Below, in pieces: positions 9,155 to 19,149 of a DNA stretch of 64,000 nucleotides. This DNA comes from Candidatus Hydrogenedentota bacterium (GTDB taxonomy: Bacteria; Hydrogenedentota; Hydrogenedentia; Hydrogenedentales; JAEUWI01), in the NCBI GenBank assembly GCA_034669905.1, contig JAXMOL010000010.1, forward strand, positions 32,001 through 96,000. Direction: 5' to 3'. Within the stretch, counting starts at the first letter, position 1; each line of letters starts with the position of its first letter. The translations under genes and the position numbers were made by a program. The notes below the pieces were generated by a model, which was not told where the DNA came from, searched no databases, and saw only the letters and a list, made by a program, of their open reading frames with translations.

Positions 9155-10528
9155 CTAAAACAGTTCCAGCACCGGCTCCGTGCCATAGTCCACCACCGGC
9201 ACCGGACGGGCACCCGGCGAGGGCAGCTCCGTCTCGAGATCGATGCCGATGCCGTGATAGACCGTGGCAATTAACTCCGCCGGTGTGACGGGGCGATCCA
9301 CCGGGTAGGCCCCGATGGAGTCCGTGGCACCAATCACCCGGCCACCCTGAACGCCGCCCCCCGCCATGAGGGTCGACCAGGCCTGGGGCCAGTGATCCCG
9401 TCCGCCCGCCGGATTAATCTTGGGGGTCCGGCCGAATTCGCCCATGGCGACCACCATGGTGTCTTCCAATAGCCCGCTGCCCTGTAACTCATCCAATAAC
9501 GAGGCATAGGCCTTATCAAACATGGGGCCGACGAGATCCTCATAGCACTCCAATGGACTGAAGGGCGCGGAGCCGTGGATATCCCAGGTAATTTCGTTGA
9601 AGACCGTCTCAAACATGTTGACCGTCACAAAGCGCACTCCCCGCTCGACGAGACGGCGGGCCAGGAGACAACTCTGTCCGAATTTGTTCCGTCCGTATTT
9701 ATCCCGGGTCGCTTCCGACTCCTGATTGATGTCAAAGGCTTCCCGGGCCGTCTCGGAGGACATGAGCGAATAGGCCTGCTGGAAACTCTCATCCAACAAA
9801 CGCGCATCGGGATTCTCGTCCAGCTGTTTCACCGATTGGTCTACCATGGCGCGCAGGGACTGACGGCGCTCGAGGCGCATGGCGGAAATGTATTCCGGCG
9901 GCAGTAAGTCGGGCACTTCAAAGTCGGGCAAGCTGGGGTCGGCATTCAGCACGAGGGGGTCGAAAGTCTTGCCCAGGAAACCCGCCGTCTGGCCGTGGGG
10001 CATATTGCCCCCCGTGGGACCAATGGGTCGGGGCATGAGCACGTGGGCGGGCATCCCATTCTTTTCACCCATAACATAGCTGGCCACACACCCGGCGTGG
10101 GGCTGTTCCAGTCCATTGAGAAACTGACGCCCCGTCTGCATCATCTGGTGGCCAATATCGTGGACGCCGGTGCCCGTATGGTACATGCTTCGAATAATGG
10201 AGAACTTGTCCGCATGCCGTGCTGTTCGGGGAAAGATCTCCGATATCTGGATATCCGGACTGTTGGTCCGAATGGGGCGATAGGGGCCGCGGATCTCGGC
10301 CGGGGCGTCCGGTTTCATATCGAAGGTATCGAGCTGACTGGGACCACCCACCATGAAGAGAAAGATGCAATTCTTTTCTTTCTTCTCGTTGACCGCACCA
10401 TAGGCCTTGGCCTGCAGATAGCCCGGCAGGGTCAGTCCCATGTAGGACAGGGCCCCGGCATGAAGGAAGTCCCGCCGGGACAGACCATCGCAAAAATGAA
10501 CCTTCTTCTCCGCATCGACCCGATACAT
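9155..10528 (-). CDS. DUF1501 family protein with Tat-like signal
   Basis: SRRDFL, GGPSQLDTFD, WDIH, GEFGRTP, GRDHW; RBS AAGGAG upstream of the ATG at 10528. Confidence 0.9.
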   Translation of the reverse strand: MYRVDAEKKVHFCDGLSRRDFLHAGALSYMGLTLPGYLQAKAYGAVNEKKEKNCIFLFMVGGPSQLDTFDMKPDAPAEIRGPYRPIRTNSPDIQISEIFPRTARHADKFSIIRSMYHTGTGVHDIGHQMMQTGRQFLNGLEQPHAGCVASYVMGEKNGMPAHVLMPRPIGPTGGNMPHGQTAGFLGKTFDPLVLNADPSLPDFEVPDLLPPEYISAMRLERRQSLRAMVDQSVKQLDENPDARLLDESFQQAYSLMSSETAREAFDINQESEATRDKYGRNKFGQSCLLARRLVERGVRFVTVNMFETVFNEITWDIHGSAPFSPLECYEDLVGPMFDKAYASLLDELQGSGLLEDTMVVAMGEFGRTPKINPAGGRDHWPQAWSTLMAGGGVQGGRVIGATDSIGAYPVDRPVTPAELIATVYHGIGIDLETELPSPGARPVPVVDYGTEPVLELF

Positions 10529-10718
10529 AGCATACTCCTTTTGCAACGCACTACCTGATCATTGATTGTTGCAAATCGGCGCCCGGAAGACAAACGGTAA
10601 TTTCCGCGCGTAACAAACTTGGCCCACGGGACCGTCTTTCGCTACAGTACTTCCATGGGCATCATGGGGATGCAACATGGGGCCATGCCCCCTTTCGGAG
10701 TGCGGGAGTTGATTCGCC

Positions 10719-12482
10719 ATGGACAAAGATAGCGTCAAGTGGTTGGTGGCCGGCTGCGCGGGAGCCCTGTTTTGTATGATCCTGATGGGCGTAGGTGGGG
10801 CCTTGCTGTTCCGTTATGGCATGCAGGAACTCGCGAATCTGGAGGACTATGGAGACGAAGGAGAGCCGAGTTACGGCCCCGATGTCTGGAAAGAGAAAGC
10901 GACGGAGCACCTGGCGGAAGAGGCCGCGAAAGAGGCTCTCCTCGAGGCATCCGGACTCCTGGAACGCTACACCATCGTCTACGTGCACGACGACACACGG
11001 AATCTGCTCTACTACGACCAGAATTTTCCCGAGGTCGAAAACCGTCTCACCGCCCAGTTCGCGGCAGCAGATACCCCCCTGGCCCGGTTTCGCTACGGCC
11101 AACACATCAAAGCCCTCGGCGATTTCAGCTATGAGGATGATCCAGAGAAACACTGGCCAATCCTGGAGGCGTGGGTTGCCCACTCCCCAAATTCTCACCT
11201 CCCCTACCTCATCCGCGGAAACTTCGCCATAGACTACGCCTGGTATTACCGCGGCAACACCTATGCGAACCGGGTCACCGATGAGGGCTGGGAAGGCTTC
11301 CACCGCTATATGGAGCAAGCCCAACGTGACCTGGAACATTCCCTGGAGTTGAAGCCCGACGACATTGAGGCGGCCGCCGCCATGATGACCGTGGCTTCCG
11401 CGGCGGGCCTGGGCAACGACGTCATGGAGGCCTACTTTCAGAAGACCATGGCCGTCAACCCCCTTCACCGTGATGCCTATATGACCAAACTCAATTTTGC
11501 CCAACCCAAATGGGGCGGCAGCTGGGAAGACGTGGAAGCGGTCATCGCCGAGGCGGAGAGTAAGTACGCCGAGTTCCCGCTCATGATAAAGGTCAAACGC
11601 TATGGCGAATGGTATATGGCCTCCCGTGGAAAACGCTATGAAGGCACCTGGAACTCCGACGCCACCCAACGGATGATGTATGCGTCCTTTAAGGCACAGG
11701 CCGCAATGAACCCGGAAGACCTGTTCATCCAGGCCGACCTGGCGTCCTTCGCCGCCGACCTACTCCAATTTGACGAGGCCGCTGCGGCGCTCGACGTCAT
11801 CGGCGATCACTTCCCCCAGGGCTGCCGTTTCGGCGAACTTCAGAATTTCCACAAATGGCGGGCCATTATCTATGCGGAACACGCTTATGAATTGGGGGGC
11901 CAGGACACGCCCGAGGCGGAGGGGTATTTCCAGAAAGCCCTCGCCATTGCGCCGGACGTGACCGTGGTGGCCGGCCTTTATATGGGGCACCTCGCCCGCC
12001 TGAAAGACGACGCGAAGACACAGGCCTTCTATGAAAGCCTCCAGGACCCCTACCTCGCCACGGGAGATTGGGCGGCGCCCCCGAACTACACCGTCATGGA
12101 GGCCATGGCCCAAGCAGGGCGTTCCGATGACTACGGCATACAGAATACGGAGCAGGAGGCCCAGCTCGTCGCCGAGGCCCTGGCCCTCGCGCCCGATAAC
12201 CCCTATGTGCTCCTGATCAGTGCGGAGTATTGCATCACCCACGACCTGTTCGACGAAGCCCGTCCCCACCTGGAAAAAGCCCGGGAAGTAGCGCCCGATT
12301 ATTTGCCCGCCCTCCACATCATGGGCTGGCTGAATTTCCATCAGGACCGCTGGGACGACGGTATCGCAACGGCCCAGGCCTTTCTCGCAGCCACACCTAA
12401 GGACGACTTGGACACCAGGTATCTTGAAACGTACGCCGATGATGCCCGGGAAATCGTGGAACTCTGCGAAAAGAAGAAATAG
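10719..12482 (+). CDS. Membrane-anchored DUF4034-like/TPR protein
   Basis: N-terminal TM helix; AWYYRG...W..F and PKWGGS motifs; C-terminal TPR-like helices (ALALAPDN, AREVAPD). Confidence 0.72.
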   Translation: MDKDSVKWLVAGCAGALFCMILMGVGGALLFRYGMQELANLEDYGDEGEPSYGPDVWKEKATEHLAEEAAKEALLEASGLLERYTIVYVHDDTRNLLYYDQNFPEVENRLTAQFAAADTPLARFRYGQHIKALGDFSYEDDPEKHWPILEAWVAHSPNSHLPYLIRGNFAIDYAWYYRGNTYANRVTDEGWEGFHRYMEQAQRDLEHSLELKPDDIEAAAAMMTVASAAGLGNDVMEAYFQKTMAVNPLHRDAYMTKLNFAQPKWGGSWEDVEAVIAEAESKYAEFPLMIKVKRYGEWYMASRGKRYEGTWNSDATQRMMYASFKAQAAMNPEDLFIQADLASFAADLLQFDEAAAALDVIGDHFPQGCRFGELQNFHKWRAIIYAEHAYELGGQDTPEAEGYFQKALAIAPDVTVVAGLYMGHLARLKDDAKTQAFYESLQDPYLATGDWAAPPNYTVMEAMAQAGRSDDYGIQNTEQEAQLVAEALALAPDNPYVLLISAEYCITHDLFDEARPHLEKAREVAPDYLPALHIMGWLNFHQDRWDDGIATAQAFLAATPKDDLDTRYLETYADDAREIVELCEKKK

Positions 12483-12494
12483 GAAACACACCTT

Positions 12495-12562
12495 ATGGAG
12501 CGCTGGCGGCCCGCCGGCAAAAAAAACGGCACACCCGATGGAGCGCTGGCGGCCCGCCGGCA
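12495..12562. repeat. Two identical 25-bp palindromic REP-like units, 43-bp period
   Basis: ATGGAGCGCTGGCGGCCCGCCGGCA at 12495-12519 and 12538-12562; internal hairpin GCTGGCGG/CCGCCGGC. Confidence 0.85.
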
Positions 12563-12604
12563 TAAACACCGCCCAGCACCGCCAATTTTAAACCCTCCCC
12601 CCAT

Positions 12605-12633
12605 TTGACACCTCACCCCCAGTTTGGAATAAT
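12605..12633 (+). promoter_or_regulatory. sigma70-type promoter of the second PSD1 operon
   Basis: TTGACA-17 bp-AATAAT with TG extension; RBS GAGGTG follows before the ATG at 12656. Confidence 0.65.
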
Positions 12634-12655
12634 CGTAGGTTGAGGTGTTTTAACG

Positions 12656-15600
12656 ATGAAAACGACGTATTCTTCTATCGTGGCGGGTGTGAGTGTATTG
12701 GTATCAGCGGGACTCCTGTCCCCTGCCCATGCCGAAGGGCCCATCCAGTTCAATCGGGATATCCGACCCATTCTCTCGGACAAGTGCTTTGCCTGTCACG
12801 GGCAGGACGCGAACAAGCGTAAAGCCGGACTCCGCCTTGATACCCATGAAGGGGCCTTGGCGGAGATAAAGGATGGACGCCACGCGGTGGTCCCAGGCGA
12901 TCTGGAGGGCAGCAGTCTTTTCCAGCGCATCACGACCGAAGATCTCGACGATCGTATGCCCCCTTCCGAGCACCCCAAGCAATTGACTTCCGATGAGATT
13001 ACGGCCCTCACCCGCTGGATTAAAGAGGGCGCCCCCTGGGAGGAACACTGGTCCTTCCAACCCATCGCCCGCCCGACCACGCCAGCCGTCCAACAAAGCG
13101 ATTGGGTGCGCAATCCCATCGATCAATTTGTGCTCGCACGGCTTGAAGAACACCAGATTACTCCCTCGGAAGAGGCCGACCGACGCACCCTGGTTCGCCG
13201 CCTCTATCTCGACCTCACCGGGCTCCCCCCCACCATCGCGGATGTGGAAGCCTTCCTGGCGGACCAACAACCCGGTGCCTATGACCGCCTGGTGGAGACC
13301 CTGCTGGAATCGACCGAGCATGCCGAACATATGACCCGCTATTGGTTGGACGCCGCCCGCTACTCCGATACCAACGGCTATCACATCGACAACGAGCGCT
13401 ACATGTGGCCCTGGCGCGACTGGGTGATTCGCTCCTTCAAGGAAAACAAACCCTTCGATGAATTTACCGTCGAACAATTGGCCGGCGATCTCCTCCCCAA
13501 CGCCACCAAAGACCAGAAGCTGGCCAGTGGCTTTAATCGCAACCACATGATTAACTTCGAAGGCGGGATCATCGCCGAGGAGTATCGGGCCCAGTATGTA
13601 ATGGACCGGGTCGATACGACGGGCACGGTATGGCTCGGCCTCACCATGACCTGTGTGCAGTGTCATGACCACAAGTATGACCCCATCACCCAGGCCGAGT
13701 ATTACCAGATGTTCGCCTACTTCAATACCATCAGCGAACAGGGTATTGACGGGCGCGATGGCAATGCCGTGCCCCGCATCAGCGCCACCAACGAGAAGCA
13801 GGAAGCCCGCCTCGCGGCAATTGAAGCAGAAATCAAGGGCATCAAGGAAGAGATGCGCAAGCCCATGCCAGAGGTTGATGCCGCCCAGGACGCCTGGGAA
13901 GTGGCCAGCCGGGAAAAGCTGAAAGATAAGTGGCACGCCCTCACCCCCGACTCGCTCACCGCGGTCAATGGCACCACCTTAACCGCCGACGCGGATGGGG
14001 TCATCGTGGCCAGTGGCGAGAATCCTGCCACGGAAGTCTATGAGGTGACCTATCGCATGGACACCTCCGGGGCCACCGGACTGCGCCTCGAATTTCTCCC
14101 TGATCCGGAAGCCCCCGACCATTCGTTGGGACGGGCCGATAACGGCAACTTTGTATTGAGTGAGCTGGAAGTCGAAGTACGCCCCCCGGGAGAGGCCGCG
14201 GAATTCACCCGCCTGAACTTTATCTCTGGGGATGCCGATTACGCACAGGACACCCTGGGTATCGAAAAGGCCCTGGACGGAAAACCCGACACGGGCTACG
14301 GCGCGGGCGGCCATGAATCTCCCGGGAGCCGGACGGCCATTTTCGTGCCCGACAGCCCCTTTGGCAATGTGAACGGGACGCTACTCCGCGTTCGCCTGCG
14401 TCATGAGTCGGCCTTCGCCAACCACAATGCCGCGCGTTTTCGCGTATCGCTCACGACGGACCAGGCCATGACGCGGGCCCGCCTCGAACCCTGGTACATC
14501 GCCGGACCCTACACGGCCCCCGACGGCAAGACCGCCTACAACACGGCCTATGAACCCGAGCAGGAAATCGACCTCGAAGCCACCTACCCCGACGGTCGCC
14601 AAAAGTGGCAACTTACGGTGCCCGGCTATGAGGACGGTAAAGTCCACGGCTTGAGTGGCAAGGTCTGCGCCACCTACCTCTACCGGACCATTGATTCGCC
14701 CAGTGCCCGTAAGACCACCTTTTCCGTCGGCAGCAACGACGCCATCAAGGTCTGGCTTAACGGGCGGGTGGTCCTCGACAACGACATCCAGCGGGGCGTA
14801 GACAAGGATCAGGATCTGATTCCGGTGGAGTTGCAGCAGGGGGAAAACACTGTCCTTCTGAAGGTGGTCAATTATGGCAACGCCTACGGGTTTTACTTTA
14901 ACAACACCAAAGAACAAACGGGCGAGTACCCGGCCCGCATTGAGACGATCCTCTCCAAATCGGAAGAAGAGCGAACGCTGCGTGAGAAACATGCCCTGCG
15001 CGACTTCTACCGCAAGGTGAACGCGCCCGAGTGGAAAGAACTCGACAAGAAGCTCGCGGCGAAAGTCCAGGAAAAGGTCGATTTCGAGAAAGGCCTGCCC
15101 ACGGCCATGGTGATGGACCAGATGGCAGACCCCCGCGAAACCTTTATTCTTATGCGGGGCCAATATGACCTCCCGGGTGAAAAAGTGGAGCCGGGCATCC
15201 CCGATTGTCTGCCCGCCCCGTCGGAAGGTGACCCCAAAGATCGGCTGGGACTGGCCCGCTGGTTGATGGACCCCATTAATCCATTGCCTGCGCGGGTTAC
15301 GGTTAACCGCTATTGGCAGCGCTATTTTGGCGTGGGCCTCGTGAAGACCACCGAAGACTTTGGCTCCCAGGGTGAAGTACCTTCCCATCCGGCATTGCTC
15401 GACTGGCTGGCCGCCGAGTTTATCGAAAGTGGTTGGGACATCCGCCACATTCACCGGCTCATCGTCACGTCGGCCACCTATCGTCAGGCCTCGCGTCACC
15501 GGGAGGACACCCGCGCGGTCGATACCCGCAACCGTCTCCTGGCCTATGCCCCCCGGCTGCGCCTGGATGCCGAAGCCGTCCGCGACAATGCCCTGGCCAT

Positions 15601-16192
15601 CAGTGGACTCTTGAAGCACGAGGTGGGTGGCCCCAGCGTGCGGCCCTATCAGCCCCTGGGCCTCTGGCAGGAAGTGGGCTATGGCGGTGGCTTCACGGCC
15701 CAGATCTTTACCCTGGGCGAAGGCGACGAACTCTACCGCCGCAGCATGTACACCTTCTGGAAGCGGACCAGTCCGCCCCCCAGTATGATGCTTTTTGATG
15801 CGCCCAACCGCGAGACCTGCACGGTCAAACGCAGCCGGAGCAACACGCCCCTCCAGGCCCTGGCCCTCTTGAATGATCCCCAGTTTGTGGAGGCCTCGCG
15901 CTTCCTGGCAGAACGTATGATGACCGAAGCGGGTGCATCGCCCGAAGAACGCCTCAACCATGCCTTCCTGTTGGCCATGGCACGGCCCGCGAGTGATCAG
16001 GAACTGGCGATCCTCCAGCAGCTCTACCAGCGTGAGTTGGCTGGCTTCCAGGCCGAGCCGGAGCGGGCCGAGAAACTGCTCGCGGTGGGTAAGGCCCCGG
16101 CCAACGACGCACTGGACAAGCCCGAGCTTGCGGCCTGGAGCACCGTGGCCAGCGTTATCCTCAATATGGACGAGACCATCACCAAGACCTGA
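12656..16192 (+). CDS. Planctomycete cytochrome c + DUF1549 + DUF1553 protein with large central beta-sandwich insert
   Basis: Signal peptide; FNRDIRPILSDKCFACHG; WLDAARYSDTNGY; CVQCHDHKYDP; VNRYWQRYFG; RLDAEAVRD; NTPLQALALLND; LNMDETITK. Confidence 0.9.
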   Translation: MKTTYSSIVAGVSVLVSAGLLSPAHAEGPIQFNRDIRPILSDKCFACHGQDANKRKAGLRLDTHEGALAEIKDGRHAVVPGDLEGSSLFQRITTEDLDDRMPPSEHPKQLTSDEITALTRWIKEGAPWEEHWSFQPIARPTTPAVQQSDWVRNPIDQFVLARLEEHQITPSEEADRRTLVRRLYLDLTGLPPTIADVEAFLADQQPGAYDRLVETLLESTEHAEHMTRYWLDAARYSDTNGYHIDNERYMWPWRDWVIRSFKENKPFDEFTVEQLAGDLLPNATKDQKLASGFNRNHMINFEGGIIAEEYRAQYVMDRVDTTGTVWLGLTMTCVQCHDHKYDPITQAEYYQMFAYFNTISEQGIDGRDGNAVPRISATNEKQEARLAAIEAEIKGIKEEMRKPMPEVDAAQDAWEVASREKLKDKWHALTPDSLTAVNGTTLTADADGVIVASGENPATEVYEVTYRMDTSGATGLRLEFLPDPEAPDHSLGRADNGNFVLSELEVEVRPPGEAAEFTRLNFISGDADYAQDTLGIEKALDGKPDTGYGAGGHESPGSRTAIFVPDSPFGNVNGTLLRVRLRHESAFANHNAARFRVSLTTDQAMTRARLEPWYIAGPYTAPDGKTAYNTAYEPEQEIDLEATYPDGRQKWQLTVPGYEDGKVHGLSGKVCATYLYRTIDSPSARKTTFSVGSNDAIKVWLNGRVVLDNDIQRGVDKDQDLIPVELQQGENTVLLKVVNYGNAYGFYFNNTKEQTGEYPARIETILSKSEEERTLREKHALRDFYRKVNAPEWKELDKKLAAKVQEKVDFEKGLPTAMVMDQMADPRETFILMRGQYDLPGEKVEPGIPDCLPAPSEGDPKDRLGLARWLMDPINPLPARVTVNRYWQRYFGVGLVKTTEDFGSQGEVPSHPALLDWLAAEFIESGWDIRHIHRLIVTSATYRQASRHREDTRAVDTRNRLLAYAPRLRLDAEAVRDNALAISGLLKHEVGGPSVRPYQPLGLWQEVGYGGGFTAQIFTLGEGDELYRRSMYTFWKRTSPPPSMMLFDAPNRETCTVKRSRSNTPLQALALLNDPQFVEASRFLAERMMTEAGASPEERLNHAFLLAMARPASDQELAILQQLYQRELAGFQAEPERAEKLLAVGKAPANDALDKPELAAWSTVASVILNMDETITKT

Positions 16193-16226
16193 ACCGCCCC
16201 CAAATTCCCTGGAAAGGAATGCCCCC

Positions 16227-17552
16227 ATGACCTTAAGTATGGTTGGGCTCATCGGCGGCCTGGCCCTGCTGATCGTGCTGACAATCCGTGGTATGAACAT
16301 CTTGCTGGCCGCACCCATTTGCGCCCTGCTCGTGGCCATTACCAGTGGTATTCCCCTTATGCCGCCCATGGCAGCAGAAGGGGCAGAAAGCCTGACCACC
16401 GGCTACATGCTGGGATTCTCCGGATTCCTCCGCGACTGGTTTATCGTCTTTCTGCTGGGTGCCATGTTTGGCAAGGTGATGGAAGACAGTGGTGCTGCCG
16501 ACAGCGTGGCCCACTGGGTAGTGGAGAAACTAGGCATCCGTCACGCCGCCCTCGCCATCATCGCCGCCTGCGCCATCCTTACCTATGGCGGCATCAGCGT
16601 CTTTGTCGTGGCCTTCTCCGTGTTCCCCATGGCCCTCAGCCTCTTTAAACGGGCCAATCTGCCCCGGCGCTTTATCCCGGCCGCCCTCGCTTTTGGCTCC
16701 GTCACCTTCACCATGACCTCTGCGGGCTCGGTGGAGATTCAAAACTTCATCCCCATTAAGTATCTGGGCACCACGCAATTTGCCGGATGGCAGGTCAGCC
16801 TGGTCGTTGCCCTCTTCATGGCTACGACGGGCATCTGGTGGTTCAAATACATGATGAAGCGGGCCCTCGCGAACGGAGAGTGCTTTGACGTCCGCGAAGG
16901 GGACCCGGAAGAAATCGATTACAGCCGACTGCCCCATCCCCTGCTCGCCGTTATCCCCCTCGCCCTCGTGCTGGCCACCTCCTTCTACTTCAGCATGGTG
17001 CTCGATTTCGGGAAGTCGGCCCTGACCATCGCCCTCCTGGTAGGGCTTTCCGCGGGCATCGGGATTTACTGGAAACGCTTTCACAAACTCGGCGACACCC
17101 TCTCGGTGGCCTCCCTCGGCGCCCTGGTGGCCATTGCCAACACCTGCGCCGTCGTCGGCTTCGGCAGCATCGCCAAGCTCACGCCCGCCTTCCACGAAGC
17201 CCTCGTCGCCATGACCTCCATCCCTGGCAATGAACTCATTGGCGCGGCCGTCGCCGTGAGCGTTATCGCAGGTATGACCGGCTCCGCTTCGGGCGGACAG
17301 GCCATTGCCCTTCCCCTCATTGCCCCGGGCTATCTGGAGGCGGGGGTCGACCCCGATGCCCTGCACCGTGTGGTGGCCATCACCTCCGGGGGCCTCGACT
17401 CCCTGCCCCACAATGGCTATGTGGTCACGACCATTCGGGCCATTTGCGGCGAAACCCATAAATCCGCCTATCTGCCCGTGGCCGCCCTGACGGTAGTCAT
17501 CCCCTTCGTCGGGACCATTCTGGCTATTATTTTGTTCATTATGGGATTATAA
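16227..17552 (+). CDS. GntP-family permease
   Basis: Polytopic hydrophobic protein; FLLGAMFGKVMEDSGAA, LTYGGISVFVV, TGSASGG, LDSLPHNG. Start reassigned to the ATG at 16227 (RBS AAAGGA). Confidence 0.85.
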   Translation: MTLSMVGLIGGLALLIVLTIRGMNILLAAPICALLVAITSGIPLMPPMAAEGAESLTTGYMLGFSGFLRDWFIVFLLGAMFGKVMEDSGAADSVAHWVVEKLGIRHAALAIIAACAILTYGGISVFVVAFSVFPMALSLFKRANLPRRFIPAALAFGSVTFTMTSAGSVEIQNFIPIKYLGTTQFAGWQVSLVVALFMATTGIWWFKYMMKRALANGECFDVREGDPEEIDYSRLPHPLLAVIPLALVLATSFYFSMVLDFGKSALTIALLVGLSAGIGIYWKRFHKLGDTLSVASLGALVAIANTCAVVGFGSIAKLTPAFHEALVAMTSIPGNELIGAAVAVSVIAGMTGSASGGQAIALPLIAPGYLEAGVDPDALHRVVAITSGGLDSLPHNGYVVTTIRAICGETHKSAYLPVAALTVVIPFVGTILAIILFIMGL

Positions 17553-17584
17553 TGAAACCCAACAGACCTTCTGGAGAGCTTCCC

Positions 17585-19045
17585 ATGGACATTGCGCACA
17601 AAAAACTGCAACACATTACGCGCCGCCAGTTTTTCGGCCGGGCCACGGCCGGTATCGGTACGGCGGCCCTCGCAAGCCTGATGCAGAAACAGGGCAACGC
17701 CGCAGTCAACCATTCCCCCTCTGCAGGACGGGGCATGCTCGGCCACCCCCATGTGCCGCCCCGGGCGAAGCGCATTATCTATCTCTTCCAGTCCGGCGGG
17801 CCCTCTCAACTGGACCTCTTCGACTACAAACCCCAGATGCAGGCGAAACACGGCAGCGATCTCCCCGGCTCAGTACGGGGTGAGCAGCGCCTCACCGGCA
17901 TGACCTCGGGACAGGATAAGTTTCCCGTGGTCGCCTCCAAGTTCAAGTTTGCCCAGCATGGGGACTCGGGCATGTGGATGAGCGAACTGCTCCCCCACAC
18001 CGCGAAGATTGCCGACGATATCTGTCTCATCAAAACGATGAACACGGAACAGATTAATCACGACCCCGCCATGACTTTTTTCCAGACCGGTCACCAGCAA
18101 CCGGGACGTCCCAGCATGGGGGCCTGGCTCAACTATGGCCTCGGTTGTGACAACGACGACATGCCGGGTTACATCGTGCTCATTTCCCACGGCAGCGCCG
18201 CACGGGATGCCCAGGCCCTTTTCCAACGCCTCTGGGGTGCGGGTTTCCTCCCGTCAGAGCATCAGGGCGTCAACTTCCGCAGTGGCAAAGACGCCGTGCT
18301 CTACCTCACCAATCCTCCCGGGGTCACGGCCAGCAGCCGACGCAACCAGCTCGACAGCCTCGGCCAGCTCAACAAGATGGCCTATGACGCCTTTGGCGAC
18401 CCGGAAATTGAAGCCCGCATTGCCCAGTATGAAATGGCCTACCGCATGCAGACCTCGGTGCCTGATCTCATGGATGTCTCGGAAGAGCCCGATTACATCT
18501 TTGATATGTATGGTGACGATGCACGGAAACCCGGCACCTACGCCGCCAACTGCCTCCTCGCACGGCGACTGGTCGAACGGGACGTCCGCTTTGTGCAGCT
18601 CTATCACCGCGGCTGGGACCAGCACGGTAACCTGCCCGGCGATCTGCCCAAGCAGTGCAAGGACGTGGACCAGGCTTCCGCCGCGCTGGTGCAGGATTTG
18701 AAACAGCGGGGACTCCTGGATGACACCCTGGTCGTTTGGGGCGGCGAATTCGGCCGCACCATCTATTGCCAGGGCTCGGACCTCGTCAACTACGGGCGCG
18801 ATCACCATGGCCGTAATTTCTCGGTGTGGATGGCCGGTGCCGGCGTAAAGGCGGGCCATGTCCATGGCGAGACCGACGACTTCTCGTATAACGTGGTGAA
18901 AGACCAGATGCACGTGCACGACTTGAATGCCACCATGCTCCACATGATGGGCATCGATCACGAGCGTCTGACCTACAAATTCCAGGGCCGTGATTTCCGC
19001 CTGACGGATATTCACGGGAAGGTTGTGCACGATATCCTGACCTAG
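17585..19045 (+). CDS. DUF1501 family protein with Tat-like signal
   Basis: TRRQFF, GGPSQLDLFDYKP, NHDPA, GWDQH, GGEFGRT, GRDHH; RBS GGAGAG before the ATG at 17585. Confidence 0.9.
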   Translation: MDIAHKKLQHITRRQFFGRATAGIGTAALASLMQKQGNAAVNHSPSAGRGMLGHPHVPPRAKRIIYLFQSGGPSQLDLFDYKPQMQAKHGSDLPGSVRGEQRLTGMTSGQDKFPVVASKFKFAQHGDSGMWMSELLPHTAKIADDICLIKTMNTEQINHDPAMTFFQTGHQQPGRPSMGAWLNYGLGCDNDDMPGYIVLISHGSAARDAQALFQRLWGAGFLPSEHQGVNFRSGKDAVLYLTNPPGVTASSRRNQLDSLGQLNKMAYDAFGDPEIEARIAQYEMAYRMQTSVPDLMDVSEEPDYIFDMYGDDARKPGTYAANCLLARRLVERDVRFVQLYHRGWDQHGNLPGDLPKQCKDVDQASAALVQDLKQRGLLDDTLVVWGGEFGRTIYCQGSDLVNYGRDHHGRNFSVWMAGAGVKAGHVHGETDDFSYNVVKDQMHVHDLNATMLHMMGIDHERLTYKFQGRDFRLTDIHGKVVHDILT

Positions 19046-19149
19046 GATTTATCGATTGTCCGTTACGATTGCCCGGGGGCGCGGCACGGTATACGCTCCT
19101 CCGATTGGCGGGAAAAAGCGCAGTAGAGGAACATGACACGGGGGCGGTT

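Noticed and set aside
12495..12562. Possible mini-CRISPR array
   Set aside because: Only two units, an 18-bp spacer, no leader and no cas genes.
15933..16226. N-terminal extensions given by the ORF track (also 25365, 37681, 38844, 40370, 60232)
   Set aside because: They overlap upstream genes; downstream starts fit RBS position and family N-termini better.
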